Shown in pieces: positions 10,154-21,578 of a DNA stretch of 32,167 bases (positions within the stretch are counted from its first letter, which is position 1; every line of letters starts with the position of its first letter). The DNA comes from Blastocystis sp. subtype 4 (taxonomy: Eukaryota): positions 1-32,167 of the forward strand of contig NW_014569439.1 in NCBI RefSeq assembly GCF_000743755.1, written 5' to 3'. The notes beneath the pieces were generated by a model that saw nothing but the letters and a program-made list of their open reading frames with translations, searched no databases and was not told where the DNA came from. The position numbers and the translations under genes are program-made.

Positions 10154-11830
10154 TTGTTTTTACAAGAGCATATTTCTGTTTCTTCACTTCTGCAACTACT
10201 GAACTAAAAACTGTCTTTGCATATGGCAGATCCACAATGATATTCAGATTTCGATGATCTTTCGGCATCTTTCTACTTTTATCCGCTGTCACCTTTGAGA
10301 TTCCCTCACTAATCAAATCACAGTGTTTTGCCATATTCTGGTAATATGGAATTTGTGATGTTGGTGAAAAGAATTCAATAAAACCAGAACGAGGTCTCAT
10401 GAACATGATGTTGACAAAAGCAGCTCCATGCATTCCAAACACCAAATCCGTCCTACTCATCACCTTTACTTGATCTTTAAACGAGATCCCTCCGAAAAAC
10501 TGAGTACTGAATGATACCTGAAGATTATCGCAATAGTTGAAACGATACACTATCTCCTAAACACTCTTCCAACATCTGTAGAAGCTCATTTTTGTTAATA
10601 ATCTGTCTCGTTCTCCCTTCTCGCAAAATCAGTAATCCCACCAATTTGAGTGGTGAAGTGGTAGTCTCACTCACACCCACATATTTGTATACTACTTTCT
10701 TCACATAGATAGTCTCGGTATAGGATCGAAATAAGTCAAACAGTGGAGTGGTGATCGAAATGAGCATCTATTGAATACACACGTATTCAACCTACTGCAC
10801 GATGAATATGAATCAAAGTACCACGTGATAATGACCTTCTTGGGATATAAAGTGGTTTTCGTGAGGATGGGAAGATCGAGAGAATTGATAGGAAGAACTG
10901 ATTGTTCCATGGTGTTGTACTGGAAAAACGATCATCATGAGTTGGATTTATAACAATGAAAGCATCAAACTACAGATAAAAATGATCATAGGACCAGACA
11001 AGTGGCAATTCTGTAGAACAAGCAGCAAAATGAACAAAATTCATAATCCATTCAGCATTATGGTATATATTGGAAAATCCTCGTGTTGAGAGAATAGCTA
11101 CTTGATCATACCAGTTGTTTTGAGGAATAGAGAAAACTTTCTTGCCTTTATTCACAGATGATAGAAGCATGGGTTGGGAAATCGTTTCATTTGTTTGTAT
11201 TCCTGTGATTGTGCAATCGACCAAATGGGTTTCTACAACTGAAAGGATTCAATAAATCATATACCACCACTAATAGGAATGGGACGATGCAATTTAATTT
11301 CATTGAGTCTCAGTTTCAGGGTAATGTCCTCCAAATAACTCCATCCAAATTTGATTGGCATTAAATGATTGCGAACATTCGACTTGACAGACAATTTGGA
11401 AGTTTTCGCTCTTAGCTTGAATCGTAGTCCAACTCTTACTTATATCTCTTACTCAAGTCATTCCACGAGACACCAGATACAAATGAAGGAAGTGAAATAT
11501 TCTGAATGGCATAGTTCGTATATAGTGACGTATTAAATACAGAAGCCGTTGGAACAGGAGCTTTAGACACGATTCCTTCCACTTCCACTTTGGTTTGAAT
11601 CGTTGGTAGGATTGATGGCACTTGTTCTTCCGAATTCCCTCCATCAATCTCAGAAAATGCATTCCTACTATAGGAATGATACTTCGAAAACACTTGGGCA
11701 AGTCTACAGGATCCATTCCAATAACCAATATTTACGATGAAATCAGAATACCATCACAAAAGTAAATTATTGAAACAATGAAAATAACAATGAGGAGTAG
11801 TACTGCAGATAGATGGGATCTACGTTTCAT
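10143..11830 (-). CDS. Glycosyltransferase family 61 (EOGT/POMGNT2/DUF563-like), type II membrane protein, multi-exon
   Basis: N-terminal MKRRSHLSAVLLLIVIFIVSIIYF anchor, NIYHNAE, REGRTRQIINKNELL and SFKDQVKVMSRTDLVFGMHGAAFVNIMFMRPRSGFIEFF. Confidence 0.8.
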
Positions 11831-11916
11831 TTCTTCATCTATTCCTACATGACATACCCAGACTTCGTCATATCAAAAACAAGTCTATCTACCAAACCAA
11901 TTCTGGAACAAACACT

Positions 11917-13919
11917 TTATTCAAGACTTCTTTCAAAGATCTTTTTGTCATAAATACGCAATAAACCATTCACATAATTCCCCATCCGATGATCATCAAT
12001 CAACGACGATTCCAAACTGTAATGATCAAATTCGGACTTATCTACACCCACAAGTTCACATCCAGACACATTAAATTCAGACACATTCCCTGTTAATCGC
12101 TTCTTTACCTCTTCTAGAGCCACATAATCATCCTTCCATGAAGAACTTGGATTATTTCGCAAATGCAAAATCACACCTGGAGGATACAATTGAGGATATG
12201 GAAACCAATCGGTATCCTTTTTCGTTCCAGGATCCAATAGAAATCTCTTTGCAAGTGAAATGAATGAAGAAACCGAATCAGTAGCTGATATTACATCGGT
12301 TGAAATCGAAGGCAAAAGGGGTTTGTTGATGGATTGGAGATTGTGGAGGAAAAGATCTCGATTCGTTCGTAATTCGGTTTCTAGAGTTTGAGAACGATCA
12401 ATTAAACTGGTCTGGAGTAACGAAGCCTTCTTGGAAGAATATTCAACGATATCACGACCTGTACTCATATCCATCAGATTCTTTGTATCCGTAATACCAA
12501 TACCTCGTTCAATCTCTGTATTCACTCGATTCTGAATGTTTTCCACATACATCGAGAGCAATGAGTCGATCGACTTTCGATACTCTTGTATGAGTTTCTT
12601 TTCATTTTCTCTGTATTCTGAATACAAACGAGTCTTATTATATACCAATGATATCTCGTTGTTCAGATCATTGTATTCTCGTAGCACAGACTTCATAGAG
12701 AAATGAGGTGATAATGGACTCTTTCTTTTGCAATTCCAGGAATAGGAGCCACCTTTCTCCTTCGCATGTTCATGATCACTTCGCATCTCTTTCTTTGTCT
12801 GTTCCAATCGTAACATTCCATTTTTGGTATAGCGAGATTCCATCCTCAGAATTGTCTTACCATCTCCACTCTCTGCTTTCTCACTTCCATTCAGCCTCCA
12901 CCAGTCATCTGGAATCGATGATTTCGACTGTGATAATACTTTCTCAATATATCTCAATGCATCCGCCCATGGTGAATCTTCCAGCCTGTATAACGAAATT
13001 ATATTGCTGATGATTTTCTTCCAATTGGCATTTGCAAACAAATCATACATTTTATGCATGGCAGAAGAATTCATGCGAGGAACAACATCATGCATGTTCT
13101 CTACAGATATCACACAATCTTCCAAACGAGGTAGTAAATCTGCAGAAATGCAAGAAGGGCAAGCAAAACAGTACGCTCGGATGCTCGGATAGGATGTTTG
13201 GAGAATAAGGGTTGCAATACTTGCAGCACCTGCGCCTAAACTATGACCAGTGAAGACAAGATGATAATCAGGATATTGAAGGAATGCTTTGTCAATTAGC
13301 GGCTTCAGCTTTGTAATAACCTCATTAGCTTCATCTCGCATTCCAGAATGTACTAATCCACCTTGAAGGGAATTTGGTTCAATGATCAAGTCACGAAGTG
13401 CATCCAATCCAGATTGAGTTCCACGGATACTCGCTACTACTCTAATTGGAATCATTTCCATTCATTCATACTCCTTATCTTTGTGATTCAAGGCTAAAAA
13501 GCATGAAGGATTTCCCACTGTTGCTTCCGAGTTAAAATAGACAATGTCCTTTGGACGTAAACACAATAAATCTGCAAGACGGTCACGATCACTCACATAG
13601 GCCCCAAGAGAATATGCTGACATTTCTATCAGCTTTTCTATCTTTATCTACCACTGATTCAGCAACTCTACGACAACATTGGATGGAAGCGGTTGCGCTG
13701 TCTGAAAGGCATGTGGTATCTGGAGATAATCGTACCAAGGTTGTTCAGATGCCAGCAAAAACATCACTTGAAGAAAATTCGCATTCATTCTTTCTCCGAA
13801 CGAATCACACACCTTTTGAAAAACGGGGATCATCTTTCGGATTTGGGTTGCGTACTGCATGATTTAAGACGCAATCAATCCAAATAGAACTCAACTGTAT
13901 CCTTGAGGGATCCCAACAT
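11917..13919 (-). CDS. Class 3 lipase (diacylglycerol-lipase-like), multi-exon; start uncertain (13860-13930)
   Basis: SIRGT, VHSGM, nucleophile motif TGHSLGAG, YCFACP, HDVVPR, LYPPGVILHL and DDHRMGNY. Confidence 0.85.
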
Positions 13920-13947
13920 TCTGATACCATGGTTTCTTATTCTTTCT

Positions 13948-14533
13948 ATGTCTGTCATTGAGATTCTTCATGTGGTGGAAACTCTTATATTGCAATCGTT
14001 TTCTGATACTGTTATTTATAGAATAACCATTCTGTACATAATCCCCGTCTTCAACAGCTATCGATGTCTTCAAAACAATGACAAGGAAGGAATAAAGAAA
14101 TTAATTCGGTTTTGGTAGGATCGTTGTTGCTTCCTGAGAATCAGGGTTGCTGTTGTAATTCAGGATATTCTATGGTTCATATGCGGTCCAATTATTGATT
14201 TAGTGTCGGGTTGTCTTTTGGATTTCATTGTAGAACGGGACTGGGTTTGGAAGTACATCTTGTTTTCTCTCTTTGGTTGGTTCATCCTTTCTTTTCTGGA
14301 TTTGAAAGAGTATATGACTATTGGATCAACAAGAGGCTACTTCCAGTTCAGGAACAGGTTGATCATATCCTTTCTGTCATGCGCGAGTGGAATTGGAGGT
14401 GGGTAACAATCGTTGTACAATATGTAATGCTATTTTTCGATAAGAGTGTGGCTCAAATCAATGAAATAGTTCGACAATGAGTGTCATTTTACATGTAGAT
14501 TAAGAATCGTCCTCCCAGTAAGCATTTGAAGTA
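13948..14533 (+). CDS. TB2/DP1/HVA22 (REEP/Yop1) family membrane protein; stop inferred to be made by polyadenylation
   Basis: Spliced: ILYIIPVFNSYRCLQNNDKEGIKKLIRFW|VAVVIQDILW...LVFSLWLVHPFFSGFERVYDYWI. The last intron (14469-14498, 30 nt) leads to IKNRPPSKHLK-TA|CATG|TGTTTGTT. Confidence 0.75.
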
Positions 14534-14537
14534 CATG

Positions 14538-14545
14538 TGTTTGTT
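14538..14545 (+). terminator. TGTTTGTT polyadenylation element (HVA22-like gene)
   Basis: Exact motif 4 nt after the in-frame TA at 14532-14533. Confidence 0.75.
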
Positions 14546-14615
14546 TATACACCATTGATGATATGGTATGATACTTGGTAAAGGATACTTAAGTGTTGAA
14601 CAAACATATTCAGGG

Positions 14616-15731
14616 TTATGATGTCTTCAAACGATCCAAAATCTTAGTTGCTTTATTGAAGCAGCCATTGGTATTCTTTCCACATACGTAGCATTTTGGA
14701 CTTTTCCGATACTGTTCTAACGCACATTTCTCACAGAAATAATGGCCACAACTACCCTCAATGTTCATATTCATGTCTACTTTGTTACTACAGGTTTGAC
14801 AAATTCCTGACGACAAATAAAACACGCAAAAGGAAGATCTTCTTCATCGCTAGAACTCACTACATACTTGTTATCATCGTCAGCATCCGAATCTACAATT
14901 CATTCCCTACATCCAAATATACCTTCACCTCGTTCACGACGCTTGCGTTTCTCTTCCTGTTCTTTTTGCCATTCCTTTTCCTACAAGATAGAGTCCTTTG
15001 GATTCCATTACAATCTCCCAACCACTCTTGTAATCGCTTCGATCATGAATGAATTTGCAAGAGTCACCAAAAGAGCAATAACCTGTCTCTTTGTAATCCT
15101 TACAAATTTCTACATGTTAACAGAAGAAAAGACCGTTACCTGGTTGATAATCAAAACGGTTTGAAATTGCAATATGGCCCGTACTTCGAATTGGACCTTG
15201 TGTTCCAGTAAACTTGTTTGCAGACAACTGATCCTCGGTTTTCATTATGTACTGATGGTATCCTGTAGCTCCTCGGTAAACATTTGCATCCTATTTGTAA
15301 CAAGAGTGAATAATGAGTTACGAGTTTCTCTCCTTTGGCCTCTGCTTCCTTTTGTAGACGAATTTGGGCTTTCAATTGAGCAATCTTATCACTAAATATC
15401 ACATAACACATTCATTTGTACTGTTCTTTGTCTTCATAGTCCATTGTCGTCGTGACACCTCCTGATGCTTCGAATCGCTCTTTTGACATATCCGATTTCA
15501 CATTTCTACTCGTTACAAAGTAAAACAAACGTGCTACACAGTTACCTCCTTAGGCTTCGAAGTTGAGGATGAAGTCATCATATTCACCTACAAATTGCAG
15601 TAGAAATCTATTCGTACAGTCTTCACCTTCTTTGCCTCATTCGTCACAACAGTCACGTCATCTTCAGAGCTAACGTCGTCACTTTTACGTAGATTGGAAC
15701 TTCGCTTTCTCTTTTTGAATTGCAAAGACAT
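14616..15731 (-). CDS. CWC24: Pre-mRNA splicing factor Cwc24/RNF113A (CCCH finger plus RING), multi-exon
   Basis: [50 protein letters not shown], and [15 protein letters not shown]...[15 protein letters not shown]. Confidence 0.92.
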
Positions 15732-15777
15732 TAAAGAATTAGTGCGAACAAACAAATCAAAATTGCGATAGCCCAAA

Positions 15778-17137
15778 CTATTCATCAAAAACAATCCATT
15801 CAAATACCCCTGAGGAAACAAGTGAGTCGAGATCAAAACTGTCTTCCTCAAAAACACTGAACGGACGTCGACGCCGTACTTCTGTGACATTTCCTTTGTC
15901 TTTCTCAGTGGTCACATCTCTATAGATAACCATAACACCCATGTCTTACGGTAATGGATGTACTTTCTTAATTGATCCATTTCCTTTATCAGCCACCACT
16001 TCTACAGTTTGTGGAGTGATATCATCATCATCAAAAACAGACATCGTCTTACTGCTAGTAGAAGGACGTCGTGTCAGGGGAGGAGTACATGAAACTCCAA
16101 TGATTCGCAAGAACAACCTCCCAACACTAGCAGGATCCTCCTCAAGCTCATCTTCTTCGATTGGAGATAAATCGTCAAGAGTGACTTCCATATCAGAATA
16201 GTGAGTTTGAGACTCAGTTAGATGACTCATATATCTGTTGATAAAGGAGATGACAGTGGCGTGAAGGAAATGAAACAGCGTAAGGAAAAGGATATTAGAT
16301 TGAAATGACAGAAGAGAGAAGACACACAAACACGAATCGAAAACCTCCCTGAAAACATCTTGGAAGAGAATGAGTGAGATACCACACGAACACGAAGATC
16401 CCAAAACAAAGGATGAGATAACCAATCCAATAGATATCCCATGATGAGTAGGTGGGAGAATCTTCCACTTTCTCTATTGAGACAATTTCAGGATCCAGGT
16501 TATCAGATGAGGGAAAAACAAAAAGGTAGTTACTGAGATTGATTTTATGAGAAAGGAACGATTGCATAAGGCTTTCGTTATCTGGTTGTTCAAATGCGAG
16601 ATATAGATACTTGATATGAAGATACAGTCGTCGCTTATCTGTTGAATTGTACACAGTTACCCACTTATCCTTTTCATAGGAGGAATGAAGAGACTCGAGC
16701 CGTAGTGACAGAGTTGTTCCATTCCACAAACTCAGAATGATGTCAAATGGTTCCTGAGCTTTGGTTGGGATATCCACATCTACTTGAGAAGTGTTGATAT
16801 CCATGAGCATTGGTTCTGGAGATATTTCTACAGTCTTCACTACTTATTAGAAACGAAAGCAAGAATCACAGAGTAAACCCTCATACCAATTGGGTTCATC
16901 AGGAACGACATTATCTGAAATATCTTCCTCACGTTGTGATGTCTGCCGCACAAACAAACATCGATTGCAGATCACATTTGGGAGTTTATCCATCGACCGA
17001 ATGATCGCTCGAACCACTTTCTCTTTGTGACAACATTTTTTGCACACGATATCTCCACACACTTGACATTGATAGCGGTGGAAAAGACGGATTGGCGATG
17101 AACAGATGGAACAGAACTCTTTCTTTCCCATCGCCAT
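15778..17137 (-). CDS. FYVE-like zinc-finger protein with two hydrophobic helices and an acidic tail, multi-exon
   Basis: CSIC...RLFHRYQCQVCGDIVCKKCC...ICNRC, then hydrophobic WIGYLILCFGIFVFVWY and FVFVCLLSSVISIYVISF. The last intron is 15920-15949 and the stop TAG is 15778-15780. Confidence 0.65.
16256..16295 (-). other. U12-type AT-AC intron, 40 nt
   Basis: Minus strand ATATCCTTTT...TTTCCTTCACGCCAC. Removal converts the apparent TAA (16295-16297) to TAT and joins ORF 16295 to ORF 15946 in frame. Confidence 0.8.
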
Positions 17138-17254
17138 AAAGTGAACTCAAATAACGAAGATTATAACATGTAGTTATGTATGATAGAAATCTCTTGCTTT
17201 TCGGCCATACCAAAATATCGGTTGCTTTTCTTTAAGACCATTTTTCTCAATCAG

Positions 17255-20200
17255 ATGGAACCCAAAACTCCATCAGAGCATATTAATGTATCACTAGAGG
17301 TGGATGGTGAACAGCCACAACTCATATCTGTTGAAGGCGCAATAACGGTTCATCAATTCCGACTTCTGCTATTTGTTAGCAAATTCTGAATCCACTTGAC
17401 TTTTAGGATCAATATAAAGTACTATCTGAAGATTCGTTTATCTTGATTGATGGCTTTCCGGCCGATGAGCAGACCGTTCTTCGAGATCTATTTCTTGAAC
17501 CAATTCCTGTTATTCATATTTCGTTTCCTCAGTCTTTGAGAACACTATCACTTCATTTTCTGGACTATGAACTGTGTGCATCCTATCCAGATACGTTGAC
17601 GATAGGACTGATATCAAAGGGTTTCAATAATGTAAGATAAAAGAGATAAGAGTACTGATTAGTATCTTATTCGAGAGTTTGGTGATATGATCTCTCTCTC
17701 TGATGTTAGTATTATGGATGGAATAGAGTCACTTTCCCTCGATACAACTATTGCACAAGTTACTGGATCGGACCTTGTGTATTGTTATGAAGATGAAGTA
17801 AGATCATACTTTCTCAGTAACATAAAGGCATTGGTAAGTCCCTATGTAGCCGAATATGCTAAGGAACGTCATCGTCGCTTCCTTCTCGAACGAGAACTAC
17901 AAGAGAATAAGGAGGATTTGGAACGGGTTTTGGATCACTCCAGTTCCTTAGAGAAGGCTCTCATGGTGTACCAAGACCAATCAAAACCTCAACCATCATG
18001 TGAGGATCTAGTTAATGAAATTCAGCGTCTGAATGAGAAGATTAGGGATTTGGAAGAATCAACACAAGAACGAACCCAATCTCCAAGTCGATGGTCCAGA
18101 AAGCAAGAGGAAATTGAAGTGGAATTCGCATCTCTTCAAGCAACATTACGAGAATATGAATCCGTAATGAAAGAAGATAAGATGCGAATTGAACACTTGT
18201 GTGAGGAATGTACAGGGTTGAGTAGTCGAATGAATGAAGAGAATGAAGTGTTGGAAAAATACAAAACAGGATATGTGAATATGAAGAAGAGATTAGAAGT
18301 TATTGAGAAGAATGTGGAGATTGAGTCAAAGACTGAGTTGAATGAGTGGAGTGGTTCTTATCGTTGTATCATTGTTTGAGCTGGTTATAATCTGAAGTTG
18401 AAATATCAGACACAGAATCCATTCAACAATTGAAAGATGAAATAATTGAGAATCAGGCTTATCACATTTTATTACTTGATTTATATGGTATTCCATAATT
18501 CATATAGTTTTTAGAAATAGGCAGAAATGTGGATGAGAAAGCGATTGATTGTCTGTTTCAGTTAATTGAAATAGGTTTGTTTCCCTGTCTTCGAATTATC
18601 GATTTTTATAGTATTCATCAATTTGATCGACTATTTCATAGATTGTTCATTCACTCAACTTGCTGTGATGAAGTTGATTCAATGGTCAACGAAGTTTCTG
18701 TTTATTGATGTTCTCTCTCCTGATTTGTTACGTATGAGTATGATCTATCATTCATTTCAGAGAGTAAACTGGCTCCCATCACGTTCTCTCAACTCTCCTC
18801 ACTCCTTCAAGACTCTCAAGGTGTTCCTCAGACGCTGGATATTCGAAGTGATTCTCTCTCTTGTGGATGATTCACAGATGCGAATCTTGGTGATGATGGG
18901 ATCCTTCTTCTTTGTGAACTTCTCAACCATGGTCTCCTTCCAAACCTTCATACGATCTTCCTTGATAGTGATATGATATCTCAGTCTGATAACCTAGATA
19001 ATGAAATCGATGAAGTTGGCTTCCGAATGCTCTCACTCTCTCTCACAAACAATGTACTCGCAGAATCACTCACTTCATTTAGTTGTTCTGGGAATACTCT
19101 GAATGATGAAGGAGTTAAAGCATTAACTCTGATCATTCACAACAACAGTCAGATACAACGCTTATGGTTAGGAAGTATGATTCGTACTAGAATCAAAATA
19201 TAGATTGTAATTTGAATGACGCAAATCTCCATGAATTATGTTCTGCTTTAATTTCATCAAATTGTTATTCATTAACATTGTTGAACATCATGAGTATGTT
19301 TGAACAGTAGTTTCCATAATAGACAATCAAATCACATCCAATGGCATTAAAGAATTAGTTACACTGTTTGATTTTGACATATTCCAAATCACAGATTTAG
19401 GATTGGCAAGTGAGTATTTATGTATTCATTTATGTTAAGACAATCCAATTGGTGATGAGGGTTTAATCATGTTGTTAGAAGCTATGAAAGGCAAACACTG
19501 TCATATTGACAAGTTGTATTTAAGAAGCACTCAGTTGACAGAAAAAGCCATGAATTCTCTTCAATTGGCACTGGCTGCAGGAGATCTCACTTTCCAGGAG
19601 ATTGGTCTCACAGGTTGTGAAGAGGCTTGAAACTCATCACTAGATAACCCTATCGGGAGTCAAGGATTCAATGCCTTGGCAGAAGGACTCATCCAAGGCC
19701 AAGTTCATCTTCAGAAGCTGTGGTTGTTTGGTAACGATGATGTGAATAGATCAGATGTAGAAACAGATTTGGACGATGCAATAGCTCCAAGCTTCACTCA
19801 ATTAGTTGCTGAAGGGTTACTGGATGAATTAGTGTTATTGGATATCGCAGGGAACAACATTAATGAAGTAACATTGTCTCAGATCTGTTCGGCTATTATT
19901 GATACTGCCATTCCATTGGCTCTCCAAGAATTGTGGATAGGAGGATGTGAGATTGGGGATGATGGAGTGATGATGTTGGCTTCATTGATTCGAAATGGCT
20001 TTTTACCTTGTCTGTCCACACTGAGTATCGATAGTATTAATAGATAAGTGTGTGATATATAGTGTGTGGAATTACAGATAATGGAATGGACTTGCTCATT
20101 AAGGCCATCAAGGAGAAATACACTGAGATGAATCAATTGAATATTGTTGGTAAGGTGTTTAGGGAGTAGGTGAGATCTAGACAATTTGTTGAGCGATGAG

Positions 20201-20257
20201 ATAAAAGAACGTGTAGTCAACGAGTTATCTTCGATTGTACATTCCATTTCCATTTAG
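17255..20257 (+). CDS. Coiled-coil plus ribonuclease-inhibitor-like leucine-rich-repeat protein with possible ubiquitin-like N-terminus, many exons
   Basis: E/K/L-rich coiled coil at about 17850-18430. Repeated LRR_RI units (LxxLxLxxNxIgDeG type): SGNTLNDEGVKAL, NPIGDEGLIML, NPIGSQGFNALAEGL, LQELWIGGCEIGDDGVMMLA. Stop TAG at 20255-20257. Confidence 0.72.
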
Positions 20258-20336
20258 TTTATGTATTATTGGGTTGTTCATCATTATTCTTGTTTGTTCC
20301 ACAATCTTTGAGTTTTATTTTCTACTCGAGTATGGA

Positions 20337-21242
20337 ATGAAGAGAACACAGATAGATGAACGAAGTTTGATGGATTATCCTGATTCCAAAGAAGTGAAAG
20401 TAAATGAGTGTACAAATGCAAATAACCAAACGGATGACTGGAAACATGGGTTATCGTTCCTAGAAGACTATGGATACAATTTGGATCAACTACAACCTTT
20501 CTCTCGCATTAGTATCCAGACGGATACATCACTGACATCCATTGGTGGTCGTTCTGCACCTACTGTCGATATTCTTCAATAGTCTCATTTTTAGGCTATC
20601 CACCTTCTTTCTTATCTACAACAGCATCCAACCTATCAAGTTGTTCCAAAGTACACAGAAGATAAACTTCAGAAACTCGGATACTGGTGTAAATATTGTG
20701 GGTACGTTTCAACAAATCTTGTAGGAGATAAACCGGTAGATAACTTGTAGACGGCCCATCAACTCTGCTGTCTGTATCGGAAAGACGTCGTTGATTCATC
20801 GACGTATCCATCAGATATTTATTCCTTTCTTGATACGGTTCCTGACAATCATGGGTATGAAGACGGGGATATGAATGAGTGGATGGCCTTTTTTGGTCCA
20901 ATTCCAGACATTCTGGAGCCAGTAGTGACAGAAGACTCACCACCTGTCATCCTTCCTGTCGACTCTTCTTATGTGGATATGAACAATTATCTGAGTCTGT
21001 TTTTAAAAGATGAAGAGGGTACTCCATTTCATTGCAACGAAGAAGCTTTGAAAGCAATTCAGACTTGCTTAGAATTGGCTCTAGAAAGTATTATTGATGA
21101 CTGTGACGCAGAGTCCCTTCAAAGGACAAAAGGTAAGGAACGTGTTCTTGTTCCTGCTCTTCTCAACGGTGTTGCGAAACGGAATCCGTATCTTAAATTC
21201 ATATCAAATGTGGGTTTACAAAAGCCTGAATATGTATATTAG
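20337..21242 (+). CDS. Hypothetical protein with C2HC zinc finger and C-terminal histone-fold-like domain, 3 exons
   Basis: 30-nt introns at 20565-20594 and 20721-20750 give WCKYCGYVSTNL|TAHQLCC. The C-terminus EEALKAIQTCLELALESIIDDC...KERVLVPALLNGVAKRNPYLKFI is NF-Y/CHRAC-like. Confidence 0.6.
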
Positions 21243-21359
21243 TAGTTTCTTGTTTGAATATGCGAATAATGAGAGTGGCGGTATTTTGAAAGATGTCGCC
21301 AAGAATATGAAATTCCCATTTGGCGGCGACTCTTCCCACCTTTTCATTTTTTCTCAACA

Positions 21360-21515
21360 ATGGATAGACCATTCAAGTCGTCTCCTGTAAAGACATTTTC
21401 GTACTCTCAACATTTCATTCGAGATCGATTCAACCTCTATGATGGACAACCTTCCTTCTCTTGGTATCCTCAACAAACTGAGCAACGTAGTGTGTCGGCT
21501 TGTTTTTCATTGTAA
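21360..21515 (+). CDS. 51-aa small ORF with its own polyadenylation element
   Basis: MDRPFKSSPVKTFSYSQHFIRDRFNLYDGQPSFSWYPQQTEQRSVSACFSL*, with CAACAATG start context and TGTTTGTT at 21542-21549. Confidence 0.45.
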   Translation: MDRPFKSSPVKTFSYSQHFIRDRFNLYDGQPSFSWYPQQTEQRSVSACFSL

Positions 21516-21578
21516 TGTACAATATTGTAATCTATATTCATTGTTTGTTAAGAAAGAAATGGATACATAAAATACTAC

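Noticed and set aside
14365..14373. ATATCCTTT as a third AT-AC donor
   Set aside because: No TCCTT(A/C)AC box downstream, and it reads as coding DHILSV.
15732..15890. ORF-track N-terminal extension of CWC24
   Set aside because: It is an alternative frame of the FYVE gene's last exon and crosses that gene's poly(A) element.
16953..16960. Minus-strand TGTTTGTT as a gene end
   Set aside because: It lies in the FYVE coding exon (RCLFV) and would create no stop, showing the motif alone is not sufficient.
20235..20336. Hydrophobic N-terminus of ORF 20235..20582 as a TM segment
   Set aside because: It is T-rich 3' UTR and terminator of the LRR gene. The likely start is ATG 20337.
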